Below are positions 52,705-63,990 of a stretch of 64,000 bases of DNA, in pieces. Source of the DNA: Chloroflexota bacterium (GTDB lineage: Bacteria; Chloroflexota; Limnocylindria; P2-11E); NCBI GenBank assembly GCA_016194865.1, contig JACQAT010000001.1:81657-145656 (forward strand), in the 5' to 3' direction. The stretch's first letter is position 1. Every line of letters begins with the position of its first letter. The position numbers and the translations under genes were made by a program. The notes beneath the pieces were generated by a model. It made no database searches. It saw only the letters and a list, made by a program, of their open reading frames with translations, and was not told the DNA's origin.

Positions 52705-54539
52705 AGCCCCTTCGCAGCGACCTGTGTCTCGCGCGGCGTCGCGAAGGTGCGGTCGTACAGGCGTTGATACAGGCCGCGCCCGGCCATGAGCTCGTCGTGG
52801 GTGCCCTCTTCGACGATCCGCCCGGCCTCGAGGACCAGGATCCGGTCGGCGCGCTCCACGGTCGTGAGCCGGTGGGCGATGACGATGGTCGTCCGGCCGC
52901 GCATGAGCCGGTCGAGCGCCTGCTGCACGAGGAACTCGGATTCGTTGTCGAGCGACGAGGTCGCCTCGTCGAGGAGCAGGATGCGGGCGTCGCGCAGAAG
53001 CGCGCGAGCGATCGCGATGCGCTGCCGCTGACCGACAGACAGCTTGACCCCGCGCTCGCCCACGAGCGACTCGTAGCCCTGGGGAAGGCGATCGATGAAC
53101 TCGACCGCGTTGGCCGCTTTCGCCGCCGCCTCGATGTCCGCATCGGACGCGTCGAGGCGGCCGTAGCGGATGTTCTCGCGCACGGTCGCGCCGAACAGGA
53201 TCGGCTCCTGCGGGACGACGGCGATCTGCGAGCGCAGCGACTCGATCGTGAACGAGCGCGCGTCGTCGCCGTCGACGCGGATCGTGCCGAGGATCGGGTC
53301 GTAGAAGCGGCCGATGAGGTTCACGAAGGTCGTCTTGCCCGCGCCGGAGGGACCGACGAGCGCGATCACGCTTCCCGGTGCGAGGTCGGCGCTGATGTGG
53401 TCGAGCACGATCGGACCCTTGTCGTATCTGAAGGTGACGTCGTCGAACGTGATGCGGCCAAGGAGCCGCGGCGCGATCCTGGCGCCTGGCTCGTCGCGCA
53501 CCTCGGGCTCGCGGTCGAGCACGTCGAAGACGCGATCCGCCGCGCCGAAGGCGGCCTGCAGTCGCGACCACTCCATCGCGAGCCCACCGACGGGGCCGGC
53601 GACGATGCTCATGTACAGGACGAAGGCGAGGAGCTCGCCGACGGTGAGCTCGCCCTCGATGACCAGATGACCGCCGTACCAGAGCACGATGATGCTGCTC
53701 GCGAAGATCAGGAACCCCATGAGCGGCCCGATGAGCGCCTGCCAGCGATCCATGCGGATCGCCGCTTCGAACTGCTTGCGGATCCCGGCCGTGAAGCGCT
53801 GGGTCTCGTAGGTCTCGCGCGTGAACGCCTGCACGGTGCGGATCTCGGCCAGCGACTCCTGCAGGATGCCGACGGCCTCGCCCTGCGCGTCCTGCACGGC
53901 GCGCGCGAAGCCGCGGATGCGGCGGCCGGAGACCACCGCGAGGATCGCGACCAGCGGCGCGACGACGAGCGTCAGCGTCGCGAGCTTCCAGTTCATCGAG
54001 AAGATCACGAGCACGCCGCCCGCGAGCGTGAGCACCTGCTGCAGCACGGAGAGCACGGACTGCGTGACCGCGGAGTGCAGCTGCACCACGTCGCTGGTGA
54101 CGTGCGACAGGATCTCGCCGGTCTTGCGGTCGTTGTAGTAGGAGAGCGAGAGCCCCATGAGGTGCCGCGCGACCCGCACGCGCAGGTCGACGATGATGCG
54201 CTCTCCGGTCCAGCTCATGATGTAGCCGCGAACCGCGTCGACGATCACGCGAAGCACCTGGAGCCCGACGAGCAGGAAGATCAGTCGATCGAGCTGCGCG
54301 CTGTCGCCCGTCGTGACGACGCCATCGACGATCTGCCGGATGAACTGCGGCCACGCGAGGTTGAGCGCGATACCGATCCCGAGCAGCACCGCCGCGACGA
54401 CGAGCTGCGCCACGTACGGTCGCGCGAACGCGAGCAGGCGCCTGTACACGCGCCACGACGGACGCTGGCCCTTCGTGCCGCTCGGGCCGCCGAACCACAT
54501 GCCGCCGCCAATGCCCCCGCCGCCCATCCGGATCATCAC
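52701..54539 (-). CDS. ABC exporter, fused permease-ATPase (MsbA/multidrug type)
   Basis: Six-helix TMD followed by an NBD with Walker A GPSGAGKTT, signature LSVGQRQR and Walker B ILLLDEATS; Gly-rich N-terminal tail. Confidence 0.85.
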   Translation of the reverse strand: MMIRMGGGGIGGGMWFGGPSGTKGQRPSWRVYRRLLAFARPYVAQLVVAAVLLGIGIALNLAWPQFIRQIVDGVVTTGDSAQLDRLIFLLVGLQVLRVIVDAVRGYIMSWTGERIIVDLRVRVARHLMGLSLSYYNDRKTGEILSHVTSDVVQLHSAVTQSVLSVLQQVLTLAGGVLVIFSMNWKLATLTLVVAPLVAILAVVSGRRIRGFARAVQDAQGEAVGILQESLAEIRTVQAFTRETYETQRFTAGIRKQFEAAIRMDRWQALIGPLMGFLIFASSIIVLWYGGHLVIEGELTVGELLAFVLYMSIVAGPVGGLAMEWSRLQAAFGAADRVFDVLDREPEVRDEPGARIAPRLLGRITFDDVTFRYDKGPIVLDHISADLAPGSVIALVGPSGAGKTTFVNLIGRFYDPILGTIRVDGDDARSFTIESLRSQIAVVPQEPILFGATVRENIRYGRLDASDADIEAAAKAANAVEFIDRLPQGYESLVGERGVKLSVGQRQRIAIARALLRDARILLLDEATSSLDNESEFLVQQALDRLMRGRTTIVIAHRLTTVERADRILVLEAGRIVEEGTHDELMAGRGLYQRLYDRTFATPRETQVAAKGL

Positions 54540-54707
54540 TTCGCTAAGCGTCTCACGAGCGTGCGGCGGGAGCGGCCGGCGGTGCCGGGCCGTCTGGCCA
54601 CCGCTCCGTTCGCGAGGCTCACCGCTGCTCTAGTGCCGCACTCGCCCGCTTCGCGGGCTCAAGTGGCCGGCCGGCACGGCACCGCCGGCCGCTCCCGCGC
54701 ATCAGGC

Positions 54708-55520
54708 TCAGATCGCGGCTCCGGTCAGGAAGAAGACGACGCGAGCGCTGATCTCGCCGGCGAGGACCATGCCCAGCCCGACGTAGAGCAGCCCGGTCGA
54801 CGATTGCGTGTTCATGCGCGCGGTCCACCACGCGCCGAGGGCGACGCCGAGCGTCGCGAGGAGCCCGACGCCGACGCGGATCGCGACGGCCACGAACAGC
54901 GCGGTCTCCGTGATGTTCGTGAGCTCTCCGCGCGCGATCGAGATCGCGACGAGGACGCTCTGGAGCACGACCGCGACGACGACGACCAGCGCGGCGCGCT
55001 CGAGCGGCGCGGTCGATAGCTTCGGCGTCACCAGGTACCAGTGGCCGAGGAGCATCGCGGCGTCCGAGCCGCCGAGCGCGAGGGCCCCCAGCGGCAACGC
55101 GAGCAGCGCGAAGACGTCGTACGGGGATTGGCTGGGGCGCGCGCTCGCGGCGAGCGCGAGGCTGGTCACGCCCACGATCACGACCGCGGCGCCTGTCACG
55201 GCGCGGAAGCGCTTCCACGGGGTGAACACGGCGACGAGCTGCACGATCACGAGGACCGTGACGACGACGAGCAGCTGCCCGAACGCGGAGACCTTGCCGA
55301 TGTCGATGCCGATGCGGACCGCGGTCGCGCCCTGCGGGAGCGCGCCGTTCAGCGCGAGGGCGAAGGCGATGACCGCCGCGTCGACGAAGGCCGCGAGCTT
55401 CAGGAAGCCGCCGGGCGCCTCGTCGGTCCGATCGATGAACCAGATGAGGAACGCGCCTCCGACGGCGAGCTCCAGCAGCACGACGGCCAGGACGAGCGGC
55501 AGGCTGACGAGGGCGTCCAT
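54708..55520 (-). CDS. hypothetical polytopic membrane protein
   Basis: ATG 55520 (MDALVSLPLVLAVVLLELAV...) with about 8 TM helices; the N-terminal part of the track ORF is discarded. Confidence 0.45.
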   Translation of the reverse strand: MDALVSLPLVLAVVLLELAVGGAFLIWFIDRTDEAPGGFLKLAAFVDAAVIAFALALNGALPQGATAVRIGIDIGKVSAFGQLLVVVTVLVIVQLVAVFTPWKRFRAVTGAAVVIVGVTSLALAASARPSQSPYDVFALLALPLGALALGGSDAAMLLGHWYLVTPKLSTAPLERAALVVVVAVVLQSVLVAISIARGELTNITETALFVAVAIRVGVGLLATLGVALGAWWTARMNTQSSTGLLYVGLGMVLAGEISARVVFFLTGAAI

Positions 55521-55566
55521 CAGGGGAAACGCGCCGATCCCACGCTCATGAGCGTAGCGTTCGTCC

Positions 55567-56256
55567 ATGCCGAGCGCCGACCACGACACGCGCATCGCCG
55601 CGATGTTCGATCGCATCTCACCGCGATACGACCGGCTCAATCGCGTGCTCTCGTTCGGCGCGGACATCGCGTGGCGCGGGCGCGCGATCGCGTTGCTCGG
55701 CGCGAGACCGGGCGACGTGGTGCTCGACCTCGGCGCCGGGACCGGCGACCTCTCCCGCGCGGTCGCCGCGCGGGGCGCGCGGGTGCTGGCGATCGATCTG
55801 TCGCCGCGAATGCTCGGCATCCTCGCCAGGAAGGGCGCTCGCGAGATCCACGCGATCGTCGCGACCGGCCGCGCGCTTCCGCTGGCGGACGCGTCCGTCG
55901 ATCGCGTGGTCAGCGGGTTCACCGTGCGCAATGTCGGGGAGCTCGCACCGGTATTCGGCGAGCTGCGCCGCGTCCTTCGTCCCGGCGGTCGCGTCGTGCT
56001 GCTCGAGCTGTCGCACCCGCCGAGCCCGCTGTTCGCCTCGCTCTACTCCTTCTATTTCGACAGGCTGGCCCCGCTCCTGGCGACGTTGCTCGGTGGGGAT
56101 GCCGAGGCGTACCGGTACCTCCCGCGCTCCCTGCGCGCATTCCCGGGGCCGGAGGATCTCGCCGGCACGCTCGGCGCGGCCGGCTTCACGCACGTGCGTT
56201 TCGAGCGACTAACCTTCGGCATCGCGGCGATCCACATGGGGGAGCGAAGAGCGTGA
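55567..56256 (+). CDS. class I SAM-dependent methyltransferase (UbiE/MenG demethylmenaquinone methyltransferase-like)
   Basis: FDRISPRYDRLNRVLSFG...VLDLGAGTGDL motifs I and post-I. Confidence 0.75.
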   Translation: MPSADHDTRIAAMFDRISPRYDRLNRVLSFGADIAWRGRAIALLGARPGDVVLDLGAGTGDLSRAVAARGARVLAIDLSPRMLGILARKGAREIHAIVATGRALPLADASVDRVVSGFTVRNVGELAPVFGELRRVLRPGGRVVLLELSHPPSPLFASLYSFYFDRLAPLLATLLGGDAEAYRYLPRSLRAFPGPEDLAGTLGAAGFTHVRFERLTFGIAAIHMGERRA

Positions 56257-57401
56257 ACTTCGACATCCCTGAGGAGCTTCAGCTTCTCGGGAAGACCGTG
56301 CGTGCCTTCGTCGACGAGCGGCTGGTCCCCATCGAGAAGCAGGTCGAGGACGAGGACCGGATCCCGCAGGCCGTATTGGATGAGATGGGCGCGCTCGGCT
56401 TCTTCGGGCTGCCCATCCCCGAGGAGTACGGCGGAGCCGGGGCGGGCGACCTCGGATATTGCATCGCGCTCGAGCAGTTCGGCCGCACCTCGGCCGCCTT
56501 CTCGAACCTGATCGGCGCGCACACCTCCATCGGCTCGATGTCGATCCTGCTCGGCGGCACCGCGGGCCAGAAGAAGCGCTACCTGCCGGACCTCGCCGCG
56601 GGAAAGAGGATCGCCGCGTTCTCGCTGACCGAGCCGAACGCGGGCTCCGACGCGGCCTCGATCCAGACGGCCGCCGAGAAGAAGGGCGATCGCTGGATCC
56701 TCAATGGCACGAAGATCTGGGTCACGAACGGGCCGATCGCCGACGTGGTCATCTGCTATGCGGCCAATGACCGAGCGAAGGGCGCCCACGGCGGGATCAC
56801 CGCGTTCATCGTCGAGAAGGGCTTCACGGGGTTCCGGGTGGGCCGCGTGGACAACAAGATGGGGCTGCGCGGCTCGTACACCGCGGAGCTGATCTACGAG
56901 GACTGCGAGGTGCCCGAGGAGAACGTCCTCGGCGGCGCCGTGGGGAGCGGGTTCAAGACCGCGCTCGGCGCGCTCGACATCGGGCGCGTCTCGCTCGCCG
57001 CCGGCGCGGTCGGCTCGAGCCAGCACCTGCTCGAGCTCGCGATCGAGCACAGCAAGCGGCGCACGCAGTTCGGCAAGCCGATCGCCGCGAACCAGGCGAT
57101 CCAATGGATGCTCGCGGACTCGGCCGTCGAGATCCATGCCGCGCGCCTCATGGTGTACGACGCCGCATGGAAGCTCGATAGCGGCAAGCGCGCGTCGCAC
57201 GAGGCCGCGATGGTCAAGGTCTACGCGTCGGAGATGGCCGGCCGCGTCGTCGACCGCGTGCTCCAGATCCACGGGGGTATGGGCTACATGAAGGAGTCGC
57301 CCGTCGAGCGCGCGTACCGCGATGCGCGCATCCTGCGCATCTATGAAGGGACGAGCGAGGTCCAGCGGATGATCATCGCCGAGGACCTCCTCCGAGGGTA
57401 G
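56253..57401 (+). CDS. acyl-CoA dehydrogenase
   Basis: GTG 56253 overlaps the upstream TGA. ACAD blocks AFSLTEPNAGSDAAS, IWVTNG and QIHGGMGYMKESPVERAYRDARILRIYEGTSEVQ are present. Confidence 0.8.
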   Translation: MNFDIPEELQLLGKTVRAFVDERLVPIEKQVEDEDRIPQAVLDEMGALGFFGLPIPEEYGGAGAGDLGYCIALEQFGRTSAAFSNLIGAHTSIGSMSILLGGTAGQKKRYLPDLAAGKRIAAFSLTEPNAGSDAASIQTAAEKKGDRWILNGTKIWVTNGPIADVVICYAANDRAKGAHGGITAFIVEKGFTGFRVGRVDNKMGLRGSYTAELIYEDCEVPEENVLGGAVGSGFKTALGALDIGRVSLAAGAVGSSQHLLELAIEHSKRRTQFGKPIAANQAIQWMLADSAVEIHAARLMVYDAAWKLDSGKRASHEAAMVKVYASEMAGRVVDRVLQIHGGMGYMKESPVERAYRDARILRIYEGTSEVQRMIIAEDLLRG

Positions 57402-57405
57402 GGAC

Positions 57406-59136
57406 ATGGGCAAGAAGATGGCGGTCGTCACGAAGGATCCCGCGCCGCTCGCGTCCCGTCCGTGGACGAAGCACTACGACCTGACCGTCCCCGCGACGAT
57501 CGACTACCCCGACGCGCCGCTGCACGCGATCCTCGAGGATTCCGCGCGGGAGCACACCAACGCGACCGCGACGATCTTCTTCGGCGCGGTCCGCACGTAC
57601 CGCAGCCTGCAGCGCGACGTCGCGTTCCTCTCGGGCAGCCTGCGCCGCCTCGGCGTGAAGAAGGGCGACCGCGTCGCGATCATGCTGCCCAACTGCCCGC
57701 AGTTCGTGATCGCGTTCTTCGCGACGCTGCGCCTCGGCGCCGTCGTCGTCCCGTGCAACCCGCTCTACACAGCGCGCGAGATCCAGTACCAGCTCGCGGA
57801 CTCGGGGGCGGAGACGATCGTCGTGCTCTCGCGCCTGTATCCGGTCATCAAGGCGGCGCGGGCCGGTACGAAGCTGCGCAACGTCATCGTCGCGAACATC
57901 AAGGACGAGATGCCGCCCCTGAAGCGGACGCTGTTCACCCTGTTGAAGGAGAAGAAGGGCGGACATCGCACGCATTGGCAGGGCGATCCCGGAGCCGTCG
58001 CCTTCAAGGACCTGCTCGTCTACGACGGCGAGCCGGTCTCCGCGCCGGTCAGCCCGTCGGACCTCGCGGTGCTGCAATACACGGGCGGCACGACGGGCGT
58101 GCCGAAGGGCGCGATGCTCTCGCATCGCGCGCTCGTCGCGAACACGCTGCAATGCCGCGCCTGGTTCACGAACCTGCGCGATGGCAGGGACAACCTCATG
58201 GCCGTCATGCCCCTGTTCCACGTGTACGGGCTCACGGTCGCCATGGACCTGGCGATCCAGGCGGCGGCCGGTCTCATCCTCGAGCCGCAGTACGAGCTCA
58301 AGCAGGTCCTCGAGGACATCCAGAAGTGGAAGCCGAAGATCTTCCCGGGCGCGCCACGCATCTACAACGCCATCAACCTTTCGCCCCTTTCGGCGAAGTA
58401 CGACCTGAGGTCGATCGAGGCGTGCATCTCGGGCTCGGCGCCGCTGCTCCGCGAGACCGCTCGCAGGTTCCGCGAGCTCACCGGTGGCCACCTGGTCGAG
58501 GGCTACGGGCTCACCGAGGCGGCCCCGGTGACGCATTGCAACCCGATCTTCGGCGAGGGGCGGCAGAAGGAGGGGAGCATCGGGATCCCGTTCCCCGACG
58601 TCGATTCGAAGATCATGGATCTGGAGACCGGTCAGCGCGAGGTGCCCGTCGGCGAGATTGGCGAGCTCGTGCTGCGCGGCCCGCAGCTGATGGACGGCTA
58701 CTACGAGCGCCCGGACGAGACCGCGCAGGCGATCCGGGGCGGGTGGCTCTACACCGGGGACATCGCGAGGGTCGACGAGGATGGCTACGTCTTCATCGTC
58801 GATCGCAAGAAGGAGCTGATCATCGTCTCCGGCTTCAACGTGTATCCGCGTGAGGTCGAGGAGGCCCTGGCGCGCCACCCGGCCGTCGCGGAGGGCGCCG
58901 CGATCGGCATCCCGCACCCGCTCAAGGGCGAGGAGGTCAAGGCCTACGTGGTGCTGAAGCCGGGCATGAGCGCGTCCGCGGATGAGCTCATCACCTTCCT
59001 CCGGGGCGAGGTCGCGCCGTTCAAGGTGCCGAAGGAGATCGAGTTCCGCGAGGCGCTGCCGAAGACGCTCATCGGGAAGGTGCTCCGCCGGCAGCTCGCC
59101 GAGGAGGACCGCGCCACGAGGACGCGGCCGTCGTGA
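57406..59136 (+). CDS. long-chain-fatty-acid-CoA ligase (AMP-binding, FadD-like)
   Basis: AMP-binding motif LQYTGGTTGVPKGAMLSH, YGLTE and the C-terminal lid motif; 576 aa. Confidence 0.8.
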   Translation: MGKKMAVVTKDPAPLASRPWTKHYDLTVPATIDYPDAPLHAILEDSAREHTNATATIFFGAVRTYRSLQRDVAFLSGSLRRLGVKKGDRVAIMLPNCPQFVIAFFATLRLGAVVVPCNPLYTAREIQYQLADSGAETIVVLSRLYPVIKAARAGTKLRNVIVANIKDEMPPLKRTLFTLLKEKKGGHRTHWQGDPGAVAFKDLLVYDGEPVSAPVSPSDLAVLQYTGGTTGVPKGAMLSHRALVANTLQCRAWFTNLRDGRDNLMAVMPLFHVYGLTVAMDLAIQAAAGLILEPQYELKQVLEDIQKWKPKIFPGAPRIYNAINLSPLSAKYDLRSIEACISGSAPLLRETARRFRELTGGHLVEGYGLTEAAPVTHCNPIFGEGRQKEGSIGIPFPDVDSKIMDLETGQREVPVGEIGELVLRGPQLMDGYYERPDETAQAIRGGWLYTGDIARVDEDGYVFIVDRKKELIIVSGFNVYPREVEEALARHPAVAEGAAIGIPHPLKGEEVKAYVVLKPGMSASADELITFLRGEVAPFKVPKEIEFREALPKTLIGKVLRRQLAEEDRATRTRPS

Positions 59137-59278
59137 TCAGCGATCGCGTCTAGAGTCGGACCGTGATCCGCGTCGATGATCCGGAGATCCTCTCTCAGAT
59201 GCGAGCACGAGCTACGCCGACGACGGCACGCACGCCGGTGCGGGATTCCGCCTGGTGCGCGGCATGACCGGGAGGTAG

Positions 59279-60205
59279 ATGGCGCTTCCCACCATCGTGG
59301 CCAGCGGGAATGGCACGAGCGCGCTCGCCACGGGGATACGGATACTCAAGCGCGGCGGCAGCGCCCTCGACGCGGTCGAAGCCTGCGCACGCCTCGTCGA
59401 GGCCGACCCGAACGACAAGACCGTCGGACGCGGCGGGCATCCGAACGTCCTCGGCCAGGTCGAGCTCGATGCCTCGATCGTCGATGGGACATCGCGCGCC
59501 GCGGGCGCGGTCGCCGCGCTCCGCGGCTACCTGTACCCGATCAGCGTCGCGCGCGCGGTCATGGAGAAGCTGCCACACGTGATGCTCGTCGGTGACGGTG
59601 CGGCGCGCTTCGCTCGCGAGATCGGCGCGGAGCGAGCGCGGAACCTCACGGCCTCGACCGCGAAGGAGTGGCGCGCGCAGCTGCGGGCCATCGGGGAGAC
59701 GCCCGCATCGATCAGGAAGCGCAAGGACCTTGTCTCGCGTGTCTGGAAGATGGCGATCGACGAGCTCGGCACCGTGAACTTCCTCGCCATCGACCGGCGC
59801 GGCCGCATCGCGTCGGCGGTCACGACGAGCGGCTGGGCGTACAAGTATCCAGGGCGGGTGGGGGACTCACCGATCGTGGGCGCGGGCAACTACTGCGACA
59901 GCGAGAGCGGCGCGGCCGCGTGCACGGGATTCGGCGAGCTCGCGATGCGACTGCTGACCGCGCGCGTCGCCGTGGAGCGGCTCTCCCGTGGTGCCAGCGC
60001 GGGGCGCGCGGCGCGCAGCGCGATCGAGGACGCGAACGGCATCGCGAGCCCCGGCACGCGCCTCAGCATCGTCGTGCTCGCGAAGGACGGGACGCACGGA
60101 GCGGCGACGACGCGAGAGGGCGTGCGCTACACGTTCATGACCTCGGTGATGAGCGAGCCGGCGACGAAGCCACGCGCGCTCGTCCCGCGGACAAGCACCA
60201 AATGA
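59279..60205 (+). CDS. isoaspartyl peptidase / L-asparaginase (Ntn-hydrolase, asparaginase-2 family)
   Basis: Autoproteolytic nucleophile context DELGTVNFLAIDRRG and GAGNYCD block. Confidence 0.7.
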   Translation: MALPTIVASGNGTSALATGIRILKRGGSALDAVEACARLVEADPNDKTVGRGGHPNVLGQVELDASIVDGTSRAAGAVAALRGYLYPISVARAVMEKLPHVMLVGDGAARFAREIGAERARNLTASTAKEWRAQLRAIGETPASIRKRKDLVSRVWKMAIDELGTVNFLAIDRRGRIASAVTTSGWAYKYPGRVGDSPIVGAGNYCDSESGAAACTGFGELAMRLLTARVAVERLSRGASAGRAARSAIEDANGIASPGTRLSIVVLAKDGTHGAATTREGVRYTFMTSVMSEPATKPRALVPRTSTK

Positions 60206-60304
60206 CCGAGGGAGGGCTCCGCCCGACCGAGGGATTCCACAGAGCCGAGCTCCGGACTCCCCGCTCAGGTCGCCCGCAGCGTGCGACCTGCGACGCGAGC
60301 TATA

Positions 60305-61051
60305 TCAGACGGGGCCGAAGCTCCGCCAGAGGAGATTGGCGACGCTCACCACGAGCAGCGCGACGATCAGCCTGCGGAACAGCTGCGGATCGACGCGGCC
60401 GCGCAGGAAGACGCCCGCCATCAGCGCGAGCAGCGTCGGGACCAGGCCGAACAGCCCGAGCGCGACGATCTCCGGCGTGTAGAGGCCCAGCAGGCTGAAG
60501 CCGATCAGCTGCGTGATCGCGCTGATCTGGAAGACCGTCGCGACCGCGATCACGTAGTCGCGCGGCGGAAGCCTGCGCGCGTGGAAATACGATCCGATGA
60601 CCGGACTGCCGATCGAGGTCGTTCCCAGCATGACGCCGCCGACCAGTCCGAACAACGGCCCGATGATCCGCGCGCGCCGCGCGGCCGGGTCGTCGCCGAG
60701 CAGTCGATCGCCGCGGAGCAGGAAGAGCGCGACCATCACGGTGATGAGCAGCGCGAAGGTCCGCTGATCGAGCTGGGCGAGCAGGTTCACGCCGATGATC
60801 GTGCCGATCACGCAGGCGACGATCACCGGGACCGTCCCGCGCAGGACGTCGAGACGGCGGAAGCCCTGCAGGACCAAGATGGTGTTCGAGGCGAGGATGG
60901 GGATCGTCACGATCACGACCGCGGCCCGCGGTCCGAATACGCCGGCGAGGATCGGGGTCGCGACGAGCGGCAGACCCATCCCGGTGAGCCCCTTCGCGAA
61001 CCCCGCGAACGCGAGGCCGGCGACAAGGATCAGGAGGTCGAGCGCGCCCAC
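60305..61051 (-). CDS. sulfite exporter TauE/SafE family membrane protein
   Basis: 248 aa with 7 to 8 TM helices and an internally duplicated GxGGG-like pattern (AGFAKGLTGMGLP / GLVGGVMLGTTSIGSP). Confidence 0.75.
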   Translation of the reverse strand: MGALDLLILVAGLAFAGFAKGLTGMGLPLVATPILAGVFGPRAAVVIVTIPILASNTILVLQGFRRLDVLRGTVPVIVACVIGTIIGVNLLAQLDQRTFALLITVMVALFLLRGDRLLGDDPAARRARIIGPLFGLVGGVMLGTTSIGSPVIGSYFHARRLPPRDYVIAVATVFQISAITQLIGFSLLGLYTPEIVALGLFGLVPTLLALMAGVFLRGRVDPQLFRRLIVALLVVSVANLLWRSFGPV

Positions 61052-62376
61052 GTGGACCGCTCGACCAGCGTGCTCCAGTCGACATCGTGCAGCCGTGCGC
61101 TCGGTGTGTACGCCCGCCCCGTCTTGGCGAGATCGCGCCCACCCACGCGCACGACGTCGGCCGTGTGATCGAAGCCCTCGCCGGCGACAAGCGCTGAGCC
61201 CACACCGTAGACGTCGACCGGCACGCCGAGCGCCTCGAACCGCGCGATCTTCTCGCGGTCGAAGCCTCCTGACGCCACGATGCGGACGTGCCGGTGGCCG
61301 GCCTGATCTAGCGCGTTGCGCAGCAGCTCGACGAGCCGCGGCGTCACGCCGCGCACATCGTCGCGGGCGATGCCGCCGGTCGCTTCGAGCTCGCGGAGGA
61401 TCGACGCGTCCACCAGCGACTCGCTCGTATCGACCCGTACACCCCAGAGCCGCGTGCCGAGGGCGTGCGCGACCCCCAGCGACGTATTGACCACGTCGTT
61501 GCGGAAGTCGACGAGCGCCGTCACGTTGACGTGGCCTTCGGGCGTGCCGGCCGCGGTGAGATGGCCGGCGTCACCGACGCCGCGATTGATGACCTCGTCG
61601 AACTTCAGCGTCGCGACGGTCGTGTCGCCACCGTACGCGGCGATGAGCGCGTGCGGGATCGTGCCCAGCCCTGTCGAGCCCCACCACTCGCCCTGCTCGT
61701 CCGTCGAGACCGCGGAGGCGCCGCCGAGATACGAGGCGTAGCCGGAGCCGGCCTGCGCCTCGTGGGCTTCGTGGCGCGCGCCGAACATGATCACCGGCTT
61801 GCCGCGGGCGGCCGCCACGACGTCGCGCGTGTTCGTCGCCACGCGCGTGCCTTCGGTCAGCGCACCGAGGTAGAGGGTCTCGAGGTGCGCGAACGAGGCG
61901 TACTCGCCCTCGATGTGCATGACCGGCTCGCGCGGCTCGGCCGTCTCGCCGTCGTGGAGCGAGCGCACGCGCAGCTCCTGCCATGCCGGCTCCCACAGCG
62001 AGGCGAGCTCCGACGAGATCTCGAAGACCTCGCGCGCGAGCGGCTCGTACTCCGGCCAGCCACCGGCCGGAAGCCGAAGCCAGTGCGCGTAGAGGCGCCG
62101 CTCGGCGGCGAGGTAGTGGGCGAAGAGCGACTCGCCCGTTGACCGGTCGCGATAGCGGCCCGTTCCGACGTGGAGGATCGCCAGCGTGTGATCGGTGCCG
62201 ACGATGACGGCGTCGGGGCGCTTCTGGAAGATCTGCATCGTGACGTCATCGCGGCGCGCGTCGCGCTCGAGGATGAGCTTTGTCCTCGCGAAGTAGATGT
62301 CGCTCTTGTAGCCGGCGCGGATCTTCTCGACCGGGAGCCGGAAGACCTCAGGCCGCAGCCTCGTGGACGCGATCAA
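61030..62376 (-). CDS. pncB: nicotinate phosphoribosyltransferase (archaeal/actinobacterial-type)
   Basis: [13 protein letters not shown] and [14 protein letters not shown] blocks as in structurally characterised NAPRTases. Identified from memory. Confidence 0.65.
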   Translation of the reverse strand: MIASTRLRPEVFRLPVEKIRAGYKSDIYFARTKLILERDARRDDVTMQIFQKRPDAVIVGTDHTLAILHVGTGRYRDRSTGESLFAHYLAAERRLYAHWLRLPAGGWPEYEPLAREVFEISSELASLWEPAWQELRVRSLHDGETAEPREPVMHIEGEYASFAHLETLYLGALTEGTRVATNTRDVVAAARGKPVIMFGARHEAHEAQAGSGYASYLGGASAVSTDEQGEWWGSTGLGTIPHALIAAYGGDTTVATLKFDEVINRGVGDAGHLTAAGTPEGHVNVTALVDFRNDVVNTSLGVAHALGTRLWGVRVDTSESLVDASILRELEATGGIARDDVRGVTPRLVELLRNALDQAGHRHVRIVASGGFDREKIARFEALGVPVDVYGVGSALVAGEGFDHTADVVRVGGRDLAKTGRAYTPSARLHDVDWSTLVERSTWARSTS

Positions 62377-63173
62377 AACATCGCTTGGAGCATCCCGCCG
62401 TCCACCTGCGCCGAGAGGCCGGTGATGTAGGACGCCCGGGCGGACGCGAGGAAGACGACCGCCGCCGCGAATTCCTCGGGCGTGCCGTAGCGGCCGAGCG
62501 GGATGACGGTCCTGGCGTAGTGCTGACGGATCTCATCCTCGCTCTTCGACTCGCGCTTCGCGGTGTCCTGATCGAGCTGCTTGATGCGATCCGTCTCGAT
62601 GCGACCGGGTTGGACCGCGTTGATGCGTATCCCGTCGGCGGCGAGGTCCTTCGACAGTGTCTTCAGCATGCCGTGCACCGCGGCGCGGATCGCGTTCGAC
62701 AGGATCAGGTTGAGGTACTGCGTCGGCTGCCGCACCGACGTCGAGGTCATGTACACGATGTTGCCCTTCGAGCGCCTCAGCGCGGGGAGCGCGAGGCGCG
62801 TCAGGCGCACCGCGGAGAAGAGCGTGAGGTCGACCGCCTTCTGCCACGCCGCGTCGTCGAGATCGTCGAATCGTCCGGGCGGCGGTCCGCCCGCGTTCAC
62901 GACGAGCACGTCGATGGCGCCGTGCGCGTCGATCGCCGCGCTCACGAAGACCTGGCAGCCGGCCGTGGTGCTCAGGTCGGCCGCGACCGCGACGACCCTG
63001 GCTCGCGGATGCGCGGCGGTGATCTCCTTCGCGACCTTTTCGATCGCCGCTTTGTCGCGGCTGCAGATCGCCAGGTGGGCGCCCTCGCGCGCGAACTCGT
63101 GCGCGACCGCGCGTCCCAGCCCCTTGCTCGCGGCGCTCACGAGCACGACCTTGCCCGCCAGACCGAGATCCAC
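62373..63173 (-). CDS. SDR family oxidoreductase (FabG-like)
   Basis: [16 protein letters not shown] Rossmann motif, NAG and the catalytic YxxxK-type region. Confidence 0.8.
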   Translation of the reverse strand: MDLGLAGKVVLVSAASKGLGRAVAHEFAREGAHLAICSRDKAAIEKVAKEITAAHPRARVVAVAADLSTTAGCQVFVSAAIDAHGAIDVLVVNAGGPPPGRFDDLDDAAWQKAVDLTLFSAVRLTRLALPALRRSKGNIVYMTSTSVRQPTQYLNLILSNAIRAAVHGMLKTLSKDLAADGIRINAVQPGRIETDRIKQLDQDTAKRESKSEDEIRQHYARTVIPLGRYGTPEEFAAAVVFLASARASYITGLSAQVDGGMLQAMF

Positions 63174-63192
63174 AGCGCTAGAGTGCCACGGC

Positions 63193-63990
63193 TCAGAGCG
63201 CCTTGAGCGCGACGGCGACGAGCACGAGGACGGCGAGAGCGACCCGATACGGCACGAACCACAGGAGCGAATGACGGCGGACGAAGCGCATCAGGAACAC
63301 GACGGTCCCAAGGCCGGCCAGGAACGACACGCCGAAGCCGATCGCGACGAGATCCGGCCGCTCGAAAAGGGCCGTGGCCCTGCGCAGGTCGAGCAGCGTC
63401 TTCGCCGCGGCGCCGCCGATGATCGGCGTCGCGATGAGGAAGGCGAAGCGTGTCGCCTCGGCGCGCTCGATGCCGCGCACCAGGCCGCCCGAGATCGTGA
63501 TGCCGGAGCGCGAGATCCCGGGGATGAGCGCGATCGCCTGCGCCGCGCCGATGAAGAGCGCGTCGCCGTAGCCGAGCTCCCCTTCGCCGCGGCGCTGCGT
63601 GGCGAAGCGCTCGGCGCCGATGAAGATCAGCGAGCCGGCGATCAGCGCGATCGCGATGATCGCCGGGTCGCGCAGCTCGCGCTCCACGACCGATTCGAAG
63701 AGCACACCGATGACCGCGCCGGGGATGGTGCCGAGCACCAACAGGAGCGGGAGCTTCCATTGCCCCTGGAAGAGGCCGCGCACGAGGGCGATCCACGTGG
63801 AAAGGAAGTACAGCAGCACCGCGAGCAGCGTCCCGAGATGGAGCGCCACGTCGAACGTCAGGCCGAAGCGCAGCGGGTCGAGCTGGAACGCCCGCTGGGC
63901 GAGCGCGAGATGCGCCGTCGAGCTGACCGGCAGGAACTCGGTGAGGCCCTGGATGAGGCCGAGGAGTGCGGCCGCGAGGGTGTCGTTCAC
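63193..63990 (-). CDS. uppP: undecaprenyl-diphosphate phosphatase
   Basis: BacA/UppP signature blocks [19 protein letters not shown] and [14 protein letters not shown]; GTG start at 63990. Confidence 0.8.
   Translation of the reverse strand: MNDTLAAALLGLIQGLTEFLPVSSTAHLALAQRAFQLDPLRFGLTFDVALHLGTLLAVLLYFLSTWIALVRGLFQGQWKLPLLLVLGTIPGAVIGVLFESVVERELRDPAIIAIALIAGSLIFIGAERFATQRRGEGELGYGDALFIGAAQAIALIPGISRSGITISGGLVRGIERAEATRFAFLIATPIIGGAAAKTLLDLRRATALFERPDLVAIGFGVSFLAGLGTVVFLMRFVRRHSLLWFVPYRVALAVLVLVAVALKAL

Noticed and set aside
51949-54498. 849-aa minus-strand ORF
   Set aside because: Alternative frame overlapping the well-supported ABC exporter (52701..54539), with a low-complexity Arg/Gly/Asp composition.
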